Assembly (NCBI GenBank): GCA_041746275.1
Contig: JBGTHH010000617.1
Span: 1-26,321 of the forward strand
DNA length: 26,321 bases
Reading direction: 5' to 3'
Origin: Pirellulaceae bacterium
Lineage (GTDB): Bacteria > Planctomycetota > Planctomycetia > Pirellulales > Pirellulaceae
Below are positions 12,501 through 24,500 of this stretch, in pieces (position 1 is the stretch's first letter; every line of letters begins with the position of its first letter). Under the pieces are notes generated by a model. That model was not told the origin of the DNA, did not search any database, and worked only from the letters and a program-made list of their open reading frames with translations. The position numbers and the translations under genes are program-made.

Positions 12501-15500
12501 TGGCGGCAAGGCGATCATCGCTGCCGTTCCCATCGATGTCCCCCAGGACGTTCATGTGGATCTGATCGCCAAATGAAAAGTCGAAGAAGCGGGAATTGGG
12601 ACGCTGCAGCGCCTTCAGGTGATCGATGGTTCCATCAGGACGAGTCTCGACACCGTTCGTAATGTCCGCCCCGGAGAAAATGTAGCCAAATGTTTGCGGT
12701 GTGTAATCGATCAGAAATCCATTGCTTCCGCTACCACCTACAACCGGGATTAAAGCAAACGTTGCCAGGCGATCTCCGACGCTGAAAATTCGCGGTGATA
12801 CACTCGTCGTGCCCCCGATTTCATCCGCGACCAAATCAACATTCGTACCGTCGTATCGGTATAAGCCACCGTCTTTGGCAAACATCAAGTCGCCTTGAAA
12901 CGCCTTCAGTTGAATCGCGTTGGTAATCGGGGAACCCGCGGCATCCAGAACTTGACTGGCCTTGCCATTGGTTGCGTCATACCGCCAAAGGGTTCGCCCC
13001 TCGGGCCCCGCGACCGCCGTAAAGTAAAGTGTTTTTTCCACTAACGTTAAATCGAGCGGTCGAGATCCGTCTGGGCCGGGTAGGATATCGACGATCGTTA
13101 GTTTGGGATTATTCCCCGTGGCCGTGACTAGCGGCAGGGGAGTTCCCGAATTGTTGAGGTTGCTGACGATCAACAATTCCTGGCCCGTGCAAGGCTTGGC
13201 TGCGGGACCACACACAGAGGGATCAAATCCGCCAATCATGGCGATCCGACCATCCCAAGCCACGGCAACCCCCACTTTGGTCAATGGATCAAGATGGATC
13301 GGAAAACTATTGGTGGTGCTATTGGGGTCGCCAATATTGAATTTCACGGAAGACGCGCCATGTAACGCGGGGTCGTAGTAATAAAGGAAATCATCGGTCT
13401 TGTTGGCGTTCGAACTGCTATGATCGGTCCCGAGGGATTTAATGAACAATGCATCCTCAACCTGCTCGTCCGCTAAGAACGAGGCGGCCACGAATTCACT
13501 TGAATTCACCAGCGAGTTACCAACCACGACGATCGGAAGATTGCTTTCATTGGCTGACCACGTGATTTTCCTCAATTGCGAATTGGCAAACAGCGTTTCA
13601 GCTTGTCGTCCCGTGCCGAACTGCACGTAGAAATCTCGGCTGCCCGCCGGCGCTCCGAATACCGTGGTCGGTAACGACGACATATTCAAAATGGTTGTCC
13701 CACCGGTCGTGTTGTTGGTGATTTTCGTCGCCGTGTTGTTACTCAGATTCACGCGCCACACGTTCGCGACATCATTGCTGAAACCGGCTCCGTTCAATTC
13801 TGTCGCCGCGACATAGACCGTCCCGTGTGCCACAACCACGTGCTCGATAACGTTCGCGGCGGAGAACCCCGTGATCATGTTGGTTGTGCCATTGCTGTTG
13901 ATGCGCGTGAGGGTCTGACGATTGGTCGAAACATGAAAGGTATCCGTCTCGGTGGCCACAAAGTACCCAAATCCATTCGCATTAATTACGCCATTGACAC
14001 CCGATACTTGCCCATCCACGGTTCTTCCCAGCGTCCCTTCCGTGGTGGAAGAATTGATCAGCAAATCCGATTTGCCGTCGCCATTTTGATCCAACATCCA
14101 CAACTGGATATCCTCGAAGGCTAGTTGGGCGCGATTGAGCTTGAACGAACGGCTGTTCTGGGCATCGAGTCCGTTGGCGACGAAGTTCTGATCCCAATTG
14201 CGTTGCCACAGGATAGCGCGATTCGCCGGATCGGTCCCTTGGATGATGTTGCCCAACACCGTCGTCACGGTCAGCATCGCGCCATCGTCGCGCACGAAGG
14301 CCAGATCGGCGAAGCCGTCGCCGTTGACATCGCCGAAGGTCTTGGCGGGGCGGCCGAGCGCCGCATGATGGATCACGATGTCGGCGAACTCGTCGATGCG
14401 TTCCAAGCCGTCCATTTCGACGGGGCCAAACAGGACATAGCTGAAATTGCTCCCCGAGGCGAGGAAGTCGATCGCTCCGTCGCCGTTGAAATCCCCAATC
14501 TGTTGCAAGCTGGACAACCGAGCCCCGGGGGTCGTGCCCTCCAGTGCGAAAGCATCGTTGGCAAAGTCCGGTTTGGCGATCGCTTGCCGCTGTAATTCAT
14601 CAAACTGTTTGCCGCTCGACGTCGCGCCTTGCGCACCGATGCCGATGAACATGTTAGCCACGGCGGCCGCCTCCGGAACCTCGACCAATTGCACCAACTG
14701 CGTGGGACCTTCCACGGTACCGTAGTACAGGGCGAATTCTGTCGCGCTGTATCGGTCGATCCACAAGGTCAGCGGCCCGAGCGGCACCGTGAAGTTCTGT
14801 GACGCCACCGAGGTGGCCGAAATCGATGTCGATGAAACCGTGGTGCCATTGCGTTGGAGACGCACGCCGAAGACGTTGTTACCCGCGTTCACTAGCTGGG
14901 CGGACGTGGAAAGCTGCAGCAGCGACGGGCCACTGTCTTGCAGTTCGATGCCAACGCGCGTCCCCACTGGCGCGAAGTTCACTCCATCGGTCAAGATGGC
15001 GGCGGCCGTTTGATTCGCATTGTTGGTGACGGTGAGCTGGCCTCCCGCGATCGCGAACGATCCGGAACCGGCCAACGTGAAGTTGGCCGATCGATCGACC
15101 GTAAATCCGTCGATCGTGGTCAGCGGTCCCGTGACTTGAATCAGGTTGGCGACTTCGACGCCCGTCCTACCCAGCGATTCCAGGCCGAGGAATGGGCTGC
15201 CCATCACAAAACGATAGACCTCCGGCGCGAAACCGGCCATCGGGAAGTTGGGCGGCACAATCCGCGCGGGCGGGAAGACGGCATTCAATTCGCCGCCGGT
15301 CGGCAGATGGCCAAAGATCCGATCGTTGCCGTCTCCACCTTCCAACAGATCGTTACCCAGTCCTCCCACGATCAGATCATTGCCGCCGTCGCCACGAATG
15401 GTGTCGTTGTAGGGGCCGCCCACCAACACGTCGTTCCCCGCCCCCCCGTTGATAAACACCGCCGCTGCCTCGCGCGCGCCTTGCTGTTGATCGCCAGGAT

Positions 15501-18500
15501 TGATTCCCCACTCCTTGAAGTCCGACGGATCAATGCCTGGCTGCAGGATGAAGGTATGGTTGCCGGCCGACTGCACGGGCAGGAAGCGGAATTCGGGGGA
15601 CAAGTTGACCACATCGTCGCCGCCACGCATGTCGAACACCGTCTGTTCGATATCGCGCGTTTGATAAAACAGATACTGCTGCTCAAAGACGGTTTGACCA
15701 GCCTCATTGACTGTCGTACGGAATTGCTGCGTGCCGATGTCCCAGACCAGGCTCGTGAACTCGTAACGATGCAAGGCCGTGTCGTATCGTAGCGAAACGT
15801 AATCCCGCACATCGAAGCCGCGACGATCCTTGTCCCCACCCAAGAAGAGCACGCGATCGACTCCCTCGCCGCCGTCCATCACGTCGCTCAGCGTGGTAAT
15901 GGAAGTCTTGGTCGCGGGGTCGAAGACCGTATTGGGTTGATTCGCGCGAAGCGGCAAATAGTCGGGGATCAACATGAATGTGTCGTTGCCAGGCCCGCCG
16001 ATCAGGAGGTCGGAAGCACCACGGTCATAGCCGCCGAAGAGCACGTCGTTCCCTTCACCCCCAAAGATCCAATCCTCCCCTGGCCCACCCGACAAAATGT
16101 CATCCCCCGTGCCTCCCAGGATCACGTCCCTGCGCACCACGTCACGACGCAGGGAAAGATTGACCACGTCGTGCGGCGTGCCGCGGTCAAACTCGATCCC
16201 ATAGATCGTCGGCGTCTTGTTGGTTTTGACTTCCAGTAGGTATTCCGTATTGGCCATCAATCCCGCCAAGGCCGTGGTGATTGCCTGCGTGGCGGTAAGG
16301 GGTCCGAGAACCGGCGCGGCATTGGGATTGGTGGCACGATCGGCGTTGAAAATCGTGATCGTCAGTTGATCGGCGGGCGAGGCCGTGGCGACATCCAGCG
16401 TACGACCGGCGACCGCATCCAGTTGGAACTTGAACCAATCAATGTCGTCGGGACTGTCGATCGTCAGCCCGTCGAACAACACGCCCACCGTGGGCACCGC
16501 CAATTCATAGGCGAAGGGAGCCGTGTCGTTACGCGATGTCAAACCACTTCCCGGTGTCACCGTTTCGGCCTTATCGACCAGGATGGCATTTCCACTGCGA
16601 ATCGTGATGACATCGTCCCCCGCGCCACCATCCACCCACACGGTCTTCTGCACGGTGGGGCCGACGACCACGGTATCATTGCCGTCCAAGGCGTCGATCA
16701 GGATCACCAAAAAGTCACCTTCCGGTGGCAACAAGTTGTTGATCAGCCGGGCTTGAGCGGTGCTGACGGCCATCAACGCCTCCCCCGCCACTTCGTTGGG
16801 ACCGGCCGACAGGATGGTGTCGAGATCGACCCGCAAGTCTTCCGCTTTCCAGATCGGGTTGTTGTCTCCGTCGGTCGCGGTGAAGTCCAAGCGGACTTGC
16901 GCGGCGAAACTGAAGTTGCCGTTATTCTCCGTCAGCCGAGTAATCAAATGGTGGTCGGTCAACAGGCCAGGCTCGGTAACAAAGTCGACGCGTATTTCGT
17001 CCGCGGCATTCGTACCACCGACATACCAGACCTGATCCGACTCCTTCGCGTACTCTTTCCACTCGTCTCCACCCAAACCGCCGTCCATGGAATCGAGCGT
17101 CGTGCCATTCGAGCGGATGAGGATATCGTCACCGCCATTGCCGTACAGGAAATCCAGGGTGGTGCCGCCGAACAGGAAGTCATCCCGCACGCCGCCCAAC
17201 ACGCGATTCAATCCCGTGGTTTCCAATTGCCGCGGTCCGCGTTGTTGATTCGCGGGCAGCAGAGCATCCTCGTCCAGAATCCCGTCGTCATCCAGATCCC
17301 CATCGTTCGAAATGACATTGCCAAACTGATCGAGTGAGGAAACGATGCGACCGGAACTATCGACGAACACACCAAAATCGGCTGTGGGTCCGTTGTCGAT
17401 CAAGTTCTGTACGTTACCCGGTTGGAACGCCGCGCCGGGAGTCGGGGTCAGTTCCGGTTGAGGCGGCAGCGACCACGCGTACAGCGTATTGCGGCCTTGG
17501 CCACCAATTAGATCGTCGTTCCCCTGTCCGGCGAACAAGACATCGTGATCGTTGCGATTCCCCTCGCCACTGTCGCCGAGCAGGCGATCATCGCCGCCAA
17601 AGCCATACAACACATCGCTCCCGCGACCGCCGTCCAAGCGATCGGGGCCCGCCGAGCCAATCAAGAGGTCATTGCCGTCCCCACCATTGAAGATGCCGAC
17701 GAAGTCCTTGCGGTTGGCCAGCGCCGTTAGGTCGAGCGCATCGGATAAGCCCGTGGCGACAGGATTGATCACCCCCGCTGGAAACCTAGTCTCGGCGGTC
17801 ACAAAGCCCAGAATGTCATTCCCAGCAAGTCCCGACAACTCGATCTGATCGATCGTCAGCGTGCCTTGCGAGTTGAGCATGTTGATGAAGTAGGCGCCGT
17901 GCGGATTGGCGTTATTCTGCAAGTGCGCGGCAAGCTGCACCTGGTTGTTAAAGTCCAAACGCAAGCGGGGCTGGGGCACGCCCTTTTCCTGACTCAACAG
18001 AATGCGATCGTCATTCGTTCCGTCCAGCCCTTGAATCGACAGGATGTCGGTGGCGTCATCGTCGGGGACGGGCGTGTCTTGGGGGTCGAAGGGATTGCGC
18101 GGCCGGTTATCGCGATGGCCATCCATCTCGTTGATGTCCGTGACCGAACCGGGGAAGAAGACAAAGATATCAATTCCCTCGCCGCCATAGAGTTTGTTGG
18201 AACCGGCTTGGCCGTGCAGTTCGTCCGTTCCAGAACCGCCCCAGATTTCATCATTGCCGCCACCGCCGAACAATCGATCATCCCCACTGCCACCTAGTAT
18301 CAAATCGTCCGCTCCCACCGTCGCCGCATTGAGGTTGTCCGCTTCATGGGGACCAATCTTGGCATCGCCCTGAATGTTGTCATTGCCCGAGCCGCCATCG
18401 AGAACCTCCTTGCGGATATTGCCAAACAATCTGTCATTGCCGCTCCCGCCAAATAGTTGGTCGCCATAGAGCCTGTTTTCATCGGTCGGCAGGTTCCCAA

Positions 18501-21500
18501 AGTTCGTGGTCGGAGCGAAGGCGAAGAGTTGGTCGTGGCCCTCACCGCCATAGAGTCGTTGTCCGGCCAGAATCTGTCCATTCACGCCGTTCCCCTTACC
18601 CCCGCGCAACTGGTCATCGCCGCCATCTCCATAGAGTTGATCGATGCCGCCGCCACCCACGATCACATCGTCACCCGATCCTCCGCGCAGCACGTCCTCG
18701 CCGCCGCCGCCAAAGATCTGATCGTTACCGGCTCCACCATCGATGTAGTCCGGGCCGTCGTTGGGATTCTCCAGGACCAGCGAAGCGTTCATCGGATCGG
18801 GGACATGGCCATCGCCAAACAGTCGGTCGTTCCCCGCACCACCGAATAGCACATCCTGCAAGGGACCGCCAATGAGCACGTCATCGCCGTCTCCCGCATC
18901 CCCTTCCACCGGGAGGCCGAGAACGAAGACGGGCGTGATTAACGGCGGCACGTAACGACCGGGATCGGCACCATTGTTTGGCTTGCCGAACCGGTTGGGA
19001 TCGGGATCGCTGGAGTGCATCCTCTCCGTCTCCACATACTCCGGTGACAAGCCAAAGTCACTCGTTCCAAACCGATAGTTCGCGCGCGTCCCCACAGGAT
19101 TCCCGCCGAACAAAATATCGCGTCCCGTCACGCTTAAGTCGGTTGTGTCGTCGCCTTCGATATAGTCGTCGCCCAAGCCACCGGCGATGAAGTCATCGCC
19201 CGCTTGGCCAAACAAGCGATCGCGCCCGACTCCCGCGATGATGTCGTCATCCCCGGCTCCGGCATGCACGGTATTGTTTCCATTACCGGTCAAGATGATG
19301 TCGTTACCGCTGCCCGTCGTGATCGTGTCGTTCCCGTCAAACGCGGAGACCACGATGCCAATCGTGTGAAAGACACCTGCCTGGAATAGCATAAACCCGT
19401 CGTCGCCCAAGATCCGATTGTTGCCGTCTCCGCCGTGAATCGTGTCGTGTCCGCTGCCGCCAAAAACAAAGTCGTCACCGGCACCCAGGAAGAATTGATC
19501 GTTCCCGCCAAACTCCGAGGGGTTGCTATCGATCCGATCGAACTGCCCATTCAGAAGTCGCACGATGCCCCCATCCCCCAGGAGCATATTGCGTCCCCCG
19601 CCAGGAATACTCAGGCTCGCGTCGCCATCACGGATGATGTCCGCACCATTACCGGCAATCACGATGTCGTTGCCGCTGCCCACTGTAATCCTATCGTTGC
19701 CGCCGGCAAACGAATCGATGGACTGTGCCGTTTGCAGGTTCCCGACATGAGTAAACTTGCCCGCATCGGCGATGACGGTGTTGTTGCCGCCCAAGATCGT
19801 AATCGTATCGTCACCCATACCCGTCAGCACGAGATCGTTGCCGGTGCCCGCGGTGACGACATCGTCATAGGGTGTATTGCCGATCGAGGTGATGGAGGTG
19901 ACGAACATGCCGAGAAACTCGAAAGCGGCGGGATCGGTCACGATCAGATTGTCGCCACCCTGCGCGAACACGTGGTCATGGCCGGCACCGGTAAAGATTC
20001 GATTGTTTGAGGAGTTTCCGGTGACGCGATCGTTACCGCTGCCGGTGGTGACCCACTCGGCCCCCACGTATTTCGTGCCGTTCAACGCCACCGTGACATC
20101 CGTCGTCCACAAGCCAAAGTTCAGGTGGTCGAATTGTCCGGCGCGCATATCGATATTGCCGGTAAACGTCGCCCCCTGGGCAAAGACGATTTCGTCGTTA
20201 TTCGTACCGGTGATCAGATTCTCGATCGACTCGAAGGTAACGATGGAGCTTGTCGGGAAGATCGTGCCGCTGCCGATTTCGCCACCCCGCACCTGGCCTT
20301 GATTCGTTCCGGTCACATTCGCCAACAACGGGAAGGTGACGCTCGCGAAGGTCAACACATCTTGGTCGTTGGCGCTGACCGAATTACCTTTCACCAGGCC
20401 CGTGATCACACCCTCCGAGAGGAAGCGGAAGGTGTCGTTGAACTGACCGCCGGTCAAATTTTCGATCGAGGAGAACAAGAAGGAGCGATCGGCCGCGCGA
20501 AGCACCTCACCCGAATTTAACCCGGATACGACCCACTCCGCGACACGGTCTTCGCCAATCAAAGTATCCGCTTGTGGTGAACCGACCACGCTGTCAATAT
20601 TCCGGAACGTCCCGCCAATCCCGGTCGACCTCAACGTGTTGCGATTCACTTCAATCGGTGTCGTGTACGCGGCGTAGTTCAAAGTATCCGCTCCACCGCC
20701 ACCATCGATGTCGCCACCAACTCCCTTGCCATCGCTGAAGACAAAGACATCGTCCTGATTGCCCGCGAGCAGATGTTCGAAGCCCGAAAACGTGAACAGC
20801 CCCGCGTTGATATTGCCCCCGTTATCCTCGGTGATATTCCAAGTATTCACATTGTGTGGACCAATGATGCGCGACACGATCAAGCGATCCTGGTTCGAGC
20901 TACTTCCCGTAACGTGGCCGATACCAGTGATCGGGATGGCCTTGCCGCTAGGGCTGGTACCCGCCGTCAGTTTATTGTTGCCGCTGATGACCGAGACCGT
21001 CCCATAGGCGACCTCGATCGGTTGAGTCACGGCGGCGAACGACAATCGATCGTTCTCTGTCGCCTCGTTCCCCAAGATCACGTCATCGCCCCAGTTGTCG
21101 CTGAAGAGGAACGTATCGATTCCCAATCCGCCCGTGAGCCGATCGTTACCCGGTCCCCCGTCCAGGATGTCGCGACCGCTTCCACCAAAGGGTCCATCCG
21201 CTTTGGGATCGTCGCTACCGCCAAGGATGTCGTTCCCCGCCCCGCCCAACAGCGTCAGCGGAATCGTCACGCTGGGATCGACGGTGAAGACATCGTCCCC
21301 CTCGCCTCCTTCAAAGTGAATCCCGCGAATGTTGTTAAAGACTTGGGTGGCGACTTTGTCGCGTCCCGTCGGCGTCTTGTAGAAGTACGTGACTTCCACA
21401 TCCGCCGTGCCGTTGGGATGCGAGGCGATCTGTTTCACGAAGAACTTCTCGCCAATGTCTTTGTTGAACGAGTTGTCTCCCGTGCGACGCGCGGCGTACG

Positions 21501-24500
21501 GACCGGCATTGATCACCAGCGATTCCGGCGTCACCTGGGATTCTGTGGTGACCATCTGTCCTAACGTGAAAACCGTTTGCGGGCACGAATGGTTGAAGGC
21601 GAACAGCCGAGCTCGGATCAGTTCCAATTGCTCGCTGCCAAAGGGATGATCGACCACCAGCCGAATGAAGGCATCCAACGTGCCGCTGACATCAAAGACG
21701 CAGAGCCCGGGAATGTTAGGTGTCGGCGCGGGGCTCGGTTGCAGCAGGAACTGATCCGCCAACTCGTCCAAATACAGCTTGCCATCGCCGTCCGAGTCAT
21801 TCCAGTTGAAGCGGATTCGAGCGTCGATACCTCCTTCCACGCCGACCGAGACGATCCCCAGATTCACCGCCACACCCACGGTGACTTCGAGTCCTAGACC
21901 GAATTCGTCGATATCCTTACCCGTGGTGACATTCTCCAAGTCGCCAAAGTAAATCCCTTTCCAGAAATCCCCTCCGCCACTGACAATGCCCCGCGTATCA
22001 AAGCCCAGCGACAAATCGAGGAAGGCATCGAACGTCACGCCCACCGTGGCGTAGATGGGAAACGGTGGCACGAGCGGCCCAAAACTCTTCTTGATCGGAA
22101 TGTTCAATTCCAGGCGTGGGATATCCCATTGGATGATGTCCACGATCTCGCCCGTAAAGAGCTTGAAGACGTTGGAGGGGTCGGACAACAACGGGATCTT
22201 CAGACCGAATCCATTGCCACCCGAGGAATCGGGAACTCGGGTCAACTTCTTCAAGGTCGAGGAAGTGTTGTTCCGCTGCGCCGTGGTCTTGTTGGGATTG
22301 GGTTGGCTGGAAATCGCGTCGAAGATCCCTTGTGAGATTCCACCGGTCGACGAGCGTTCGATGCTGCTGGTGAAGTTGTTGGCGACTTTGACCGCGGCTC
22401 CCTTGTTCCGCAAGTCGACCCCTCCGGCACTCAAGTCCAGCGTGCCGAAATTGATCTTCAAACCTCCGGCTTCGTCCCGCATCTGCTGAATGGCTTCCAC
22501 CGTATCCAGGATGTTCTTAATGAGGGTCAGGATGCGTTCCGCTTTCTGAGCCAGTTCGAGTCCCTTCGGGTTCGGGCTGCCCAAGAGCACGGCCATCGTG
22601 AGGAACGTCACTTTGGGACCGCCGACAGCCTGCGAGAAGTCATTCAGTCCCGGCACGGGTTCCGAGAGGAAGTCGATCATCGGCTTGACCGGTTGAATGT
22701 ACTCCTCGAAAAATCCGAACAACGGAGCGGCCACCTTGTCGAAGAAGCCTCCGACATCCAGGGTCACGTTGTGAAACTTTACATCGGGCCTGCCACCGCC
22801 GATGATGCCATCCCGCGTCGTGACACCGATCCCCCAAGACAACGTGAAGTCGGTGGCGATCTCCGGCAGATTGCTGCCCGCCGACGTGTCGGCCGTCAAT
22901 TCGAGATCGACATGGACTTGGGTGTTGATGCCCGCGTTGAACAGTTCCTTGAACGAAGTGCGGCGCATCTCGGCGAGCGTCAAGCGATTGTCGGGATCGT
23001 TATCGGGGTTCGCCAGATCGACAAAGATTTGGCCGGAAAATCCGGTGGCATTGGCCACGGCGCGGCCGTTCTCATTCGTATCCGTCCCGATGGCACTCGC
23101 TTCAGCCTGCAACCGCAGGAAGAAGAGTTGGGCCGTCAGCGATGTCCCCGGAGCCAGGCGGACGCTGGCGTCCAGCGTGATTTCCGGTTTGGGACCGCTG
23201 GGCAAGGGGAAACCATTCACATAAGTGACATTCTCATTGAGCTGGAAGTAAAAACCATCGGTCAAGTTAATGCCAAAGCCAAAGTCGAAGGCGTAACTCC
23301 AATCGATGAGCACACCGCCGTCGGTTTCAAATTCAAATACGAGGGCATCGACACCCAGATCGAAGTCGGTGCGAATCTGATCGGCGCCTTTGACGTGCAG
23401 ATTGATTTTGAAGTCGCCATTGATCAGATCGAGCGTGACATCGACTTGTTCGGATCGCGCGACCTTCACCGAGCTACCCGCCGCGACGACCAGAAGGTCA
23501 GCCCCTCCTGGACCCAAGGAATCAAACAGCAGCGTCTGGATCTTCACTCTCAGCGATTCCGACAGATCCTCACCGCGAGAGAGGAGATCGTCGAGGCTGT
23601 TCAGCATGCCGTTCAGCTTGCCGATGAATGAATCGTCGAGATTGGCGGAGCCTCCCACCAACGGCAAGGACCGAATCAGATCGCGCGCCAAACCATCGCT
23701 GAGCGCCGACACGACCGTTTTCGCGCCCGTAACGATCTGTCGCAAGTTAATCTTCTTGAAGTCGACTCCCGACAACAGATTCTCGACCTTGAATACGGGT
23801 CGCGGATTGTTGACGGCCACGGCGGCCTGAATCGCACCGGGGAACTGCCTACCCAAGACGTTCGCGTCCAGCGACGCCGTGAGAATCCCATTGAGCGCAA
23901 AGTCGATCTTGCCACCGAAACCGGTCTCCGTCGTGTAATCGACCGTGATGGTTCCCGTCTTCGGCGTTAAGAAACGAACTTGCGTTTGGCCGCGAAACAG
24001 TCCCGCGGCGACCGTCGAAACCACGTATTGGGCCGGCAGCACCACCACGTTGTTCAATCTCACCGTCACCGCCGTGCCTGCCTTCAGCGGTTGGGACAGA
24101 AACACTTGTTTCGCGTCCGCTTCCATGAACGTATCCGTCAAGCTCTGATCGGTCTTGGCACGCAGCACGGAGAATGGCACCGCCTTGCCGAGCAAGCGCG
24201 GCACGCCGGCGCTGTCGTTCAGCAAGACATTTCCCGGACTGTCGTTCGGGACAAGATCGTTCTTGATCCCAATGGTCAACGACGCCGGTTGCGTTTCTCC
24301 ATCCTTTTGATACTCGGCGACAATCGCGCCGGACTGGCCCGGTGTGAAGGTGATGGTGCGACCGTCCACCGAGTACTCGGTTCTCGGATTCAACACGCGT
24401 CCACCGACACTCACCACCACCAACGAACCGGGAGCCGGATCGTGATCGAGGCTCAACGTCAGACGATTGGGCTGCGCGGCGGCGGTCTGCTGCGTGGATT

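Larger units (their letters stand above)
10921..14560 (-). repeat. FG-GAP-like propeller A: seven Ca-loop motifs dispersed by three inserted domains
   Basis: GDFNGDGAID, GDVNGDGFAD, DQNGDGKSD, GDIDGNGSDD, GDVFRDGFDD, GDFNADGHAD, DLNADGYDD...AGRIYVSYGG. Confidence 0.75.

Noticed and set aside
8611-12576. Long plus-strand ORFs (8611-9846, 411 aa; 9458-10582, 374 aa; 11221-12576, 451 aa) and many similar shorter ones across the window
   Set aside because: They lie antisense to the giant CDS, their translations are Arg/Gln/His- or Ser/Pro/Thr-biased with no recognisable motifs, and long shadow frames are expected from GC-rich codon bias.
15310-21310. RTX toxin, autoprocessing module, intein or catalytic domain
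   Set aside because: No pore-forming hydrophobic helices, Hint motif, HExxH or other catalytic signature was recognised. RTX repeats alone indicate Ca binding, not toxicity.
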